From an uncultured Gemmatimonadota bacterium (GTDB lineage Bacteria; Blakebacterota; Blakebacteria; Blakebacterales; Blakebacteraceae): a stretch of DNA of 26,812 nt. The stretch spans positions 147,789 through 174,600 of the forward strand of contig CAZNUA010000002.1 of assembly GCA_964576115.1 (NCBI GenBank), written 5' to 3'. A program made the translations under genes and the position numbers. This document shows, piece by piece, positions 25,251 through 26,812 of this stretch (its first letter is position 1; each line of letters opens with the position of its first letter). The notes beneath the pieces were generated by a model. The model worked only from the letters and a program-made list of their open reading frames with translations, searched no databases and was not told the DNA's origin.

Positions 25251-26345
25251 ATGCGGGTACTTCTGGTATCGAACGAGACGGAGATCATCGGAGGCGGGGA
25301 ACTCTCTCTGCTCCTGCTTCTGGGCGGGCTCAACGGACGTGAGGATGTCGAGCCGATCCTGGCAGTGCCCGCCGATGGAGAAGTGGCTGAGCGGGCGGGA
25401 GCCCTGGGTATAGAGGTCGTTGAACTGCCCCTGCCCCGTATGCGGCACCAGCTCTGGAGACTGCCGGCGGCGCGGCAGGCCGCGGCCGGTGTGATCAGGC
25501 AGGTGGCACCCGACCTGGTGCACTGCAACGGCAGCCGGGCGATGCTCATCGCCGGGATCGCCGCCCGGCGGTTCGGTCTGCCCGCTGTCTGGCATGTCCG
25601 GGTTGAGGGACGGGATTTTCTCGACCGCTTCCTCTGGAGCCGGTGCAGTGCTCTCATATCCCCCTCCCGAACCGTGGCTCGACGTTTTCCGCCGCAACGG
25701 ATCGCTGTCATTCCCAATCCCGTTTCTCTGCCGGAGCGGCGGCGGGATGATCCGGCGGTCAGCGCTCTGCGCCGCGACATGGCACAGGGACGCGCACACA
25801 TCCTGCTCGCGGTTGGTGAACTCACTCCGCGAAAAAATGTGATCCGCATCGTCGAGAGTCTCGCCGGACTGCACGGACACGACGTACAGCTGGTCATCGC
25901 GGGTCGTGAAGATCCGTCGGACCCCGGCTACCCGGATCGCGTCAGAGCGGTTGCTGAACGGATCGGGGCAGCCGATCGTGTCACCCTGCTCGGCTTTCGG
26001 ACAGACGTGGCCGATCTGATGCTGGCCGCCGATCTGCTCGTCCACGCTCCCGAGGCCGAAGGCTTCGGGCGCGTCTTTATCGAGGCAATGGCGGCGGGTC
26101 TGCCCCTGGTGTGCACACCGGTCGGCGGGCTGTCGGAACTCCACGCGGAAACCGGCTTCGGATGGCTGACAGAGGATCTCTCCCCGGCAGCCCTGACGCG
26201 AACCGTGGCTCAGGCCCTCTCCGATGCCGGAGATCGGGAGCGGTTCCGTGCCGCAGGTCCGCAGATCGCTGCCGAGCACTTCTCGGTTCCGGCGCATGCC
26301 CGGGCGGTGATGGAGGTGTACGCGACTCTCGGACAGGGGCTTTGA
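25251..26345 (+). CDS. Glycosyltransferase, GT4 family
   Basis: 364 aa. Motifs IGGGELSL, DLVHCN, VWHVR, VIPNPV, VGELTPRKN, EGFGRVFIEAMAAGLPLV; divergent from the lasso operon. Confidence 0.9.
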   Translation: MRVLLVSNETEIIGGGELSLLLLLGGLNGREDVEPILAVPADGEVAERAGALGIEVVELPLPRMRHQLWRLPAARQAAAGVIRQVAPDLVHCNGSRAMLIAGIAARRFGLPAVWHVRVEGRDFLDRFLWSRCSALISPSRTVARRFPPQRIAVIPNPVSLPERRRDDPAVSALRRDMAQGRAHILLAVGELTPRKNVIRIVESLAGLHGHDVQLVIAGREDPSDPGYPDRVRAVAERIGAADRVTLLGFRTDVADLMLAADLLVHAPEAEGFGRVFIEAMAAGLPLVCTPVGGLSELHAETGFGWLTEDLSPAALTRTVAQALSDAGDRERFRAAGPQIAAEHFSVPAHARAVMEVYATLGQGL

Positions 26346-26368
26346 CAAAGGAGAGGGTCGTATCGAAT

Positions 26369-26812
26369 TCAACCCGGTGAAACGAAGTGATCGAGCGGGC
26401 CGACCCCGCCGCCCAATCCCGGAGCGGAGCGGATCGCTTCGGTGATGAAGGTCTTGGCGGTCAGAACGGCATCGGGCAGCGAGCGTCCCCGGGCCAGGTG
26501 GGCGGTGATAGCAGCCGAATAGGTACAACCCGTGCCGTGGGTGTGTTTCTGGTCGAGCCGAGGCTGGCGGAACTCCATGGTGCTGTGCCCGTCGTAGAGC
26601 AGATCGACGGCTTCCTCCTCGGCCCGCAGGTGGCCCCCCTTGATCAGGACCGCCTGCGGCCCGAAGGAGCGGATGGTTTCAGCTGCGGCGGCCATCTCTT
26701 CCAGGGTGTTGATGGCCTTGGCTCCGGTCAGGGCCGCGGCTTCGTGCAGGTTGGGGGTCAGCAGGGTGGCCAGCGGCAGGATAAGGCTCTTCAGGGCCTC
26801 GACGGCCTCGGG
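26369..26812 (-). CDS. thiD: Hydroxymethylpyrimidine/phosphomethylpyrimidine kinase (3' part; 5' end outside window)
   Basis: Frame open to the window edge: LPLATLLTPNLHEAAAL...VLIKGGHL...HTHGTGCTYSAAITAHLARG...GGGVGPLDH. Confidence 0.93.
   Translation of the reverse strand, partial: PEAVEALKSLILPLATLLTPNLHEAAALTGAKAINTLEEMAAAAETIRSFGPQAVLIKGGHLRAEEEAVDLLYDGHSTMEFRQPRLDQKHTHGTGCTYSAAITAHLARGRSLPDAVLTAKTFITEAIRSAPGLGGGVGPLDHFVSPG

Noticed and set aside
1-26812. CRISPR arrays, tRNA/rRNA, IS elements, integrases, additional lasso precursor copies
   Set aside because: None were seen on reading: no repeat-spacer periodicity, no transposase/integrase motifs, and no second YxxPxL ORF noticed in intergenic gaps. 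This was not an exhaustive computational scan.

Overview
High-GC bacterial window, probably from a diderm (lipoprotein Wza-like exporter, GT9). It holds two adjacent loci plus the 3' part of thiD. (1) 38-16642 is a Wzx/Wzy-type surface polysaccharide locus in two convergent arms: five GT4 glycosyltransferases, a flippase, a GT9, pyruvyl-, methyl- and acetyltransferase-like genes, a Wzy/O-antigen-ligase-like protein, Wza and an unusual Wzc with an extra TM helix and a C-terminal SPOR domain. A lower-GC cassette spans about 5.0-8.3 kb. (2) 17523-25086 is a lasso-peptide (RiPP) cluster with B1 (RRE), B2 (peptidase) and C (cyclase). It includes a 49-aa precursor missing from the ORF track (22295-22444; leader YxxPxLxxxGxxxxxT, predicted core STGTLKNTDGGGAYGKVKTA). 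Candidate tailoring genes are an HPr-kinase-like kinase, a nucleotidyltransferase, a PRMT-like methyltransferase and an unknown 370-aa protein, and a Nif11-like mini-gene lies on the opposite strand. No ABC exporter or isopeptidase is visible. A sixth GT4 flanks the far side, so the RiPP cluster sits between glycan genes. The best candidate for an undescribed system is this multiply tailored lasso peptide, possibly linked to the glycan locus. All family calls come from motif recognition by eye; no database searches were run.
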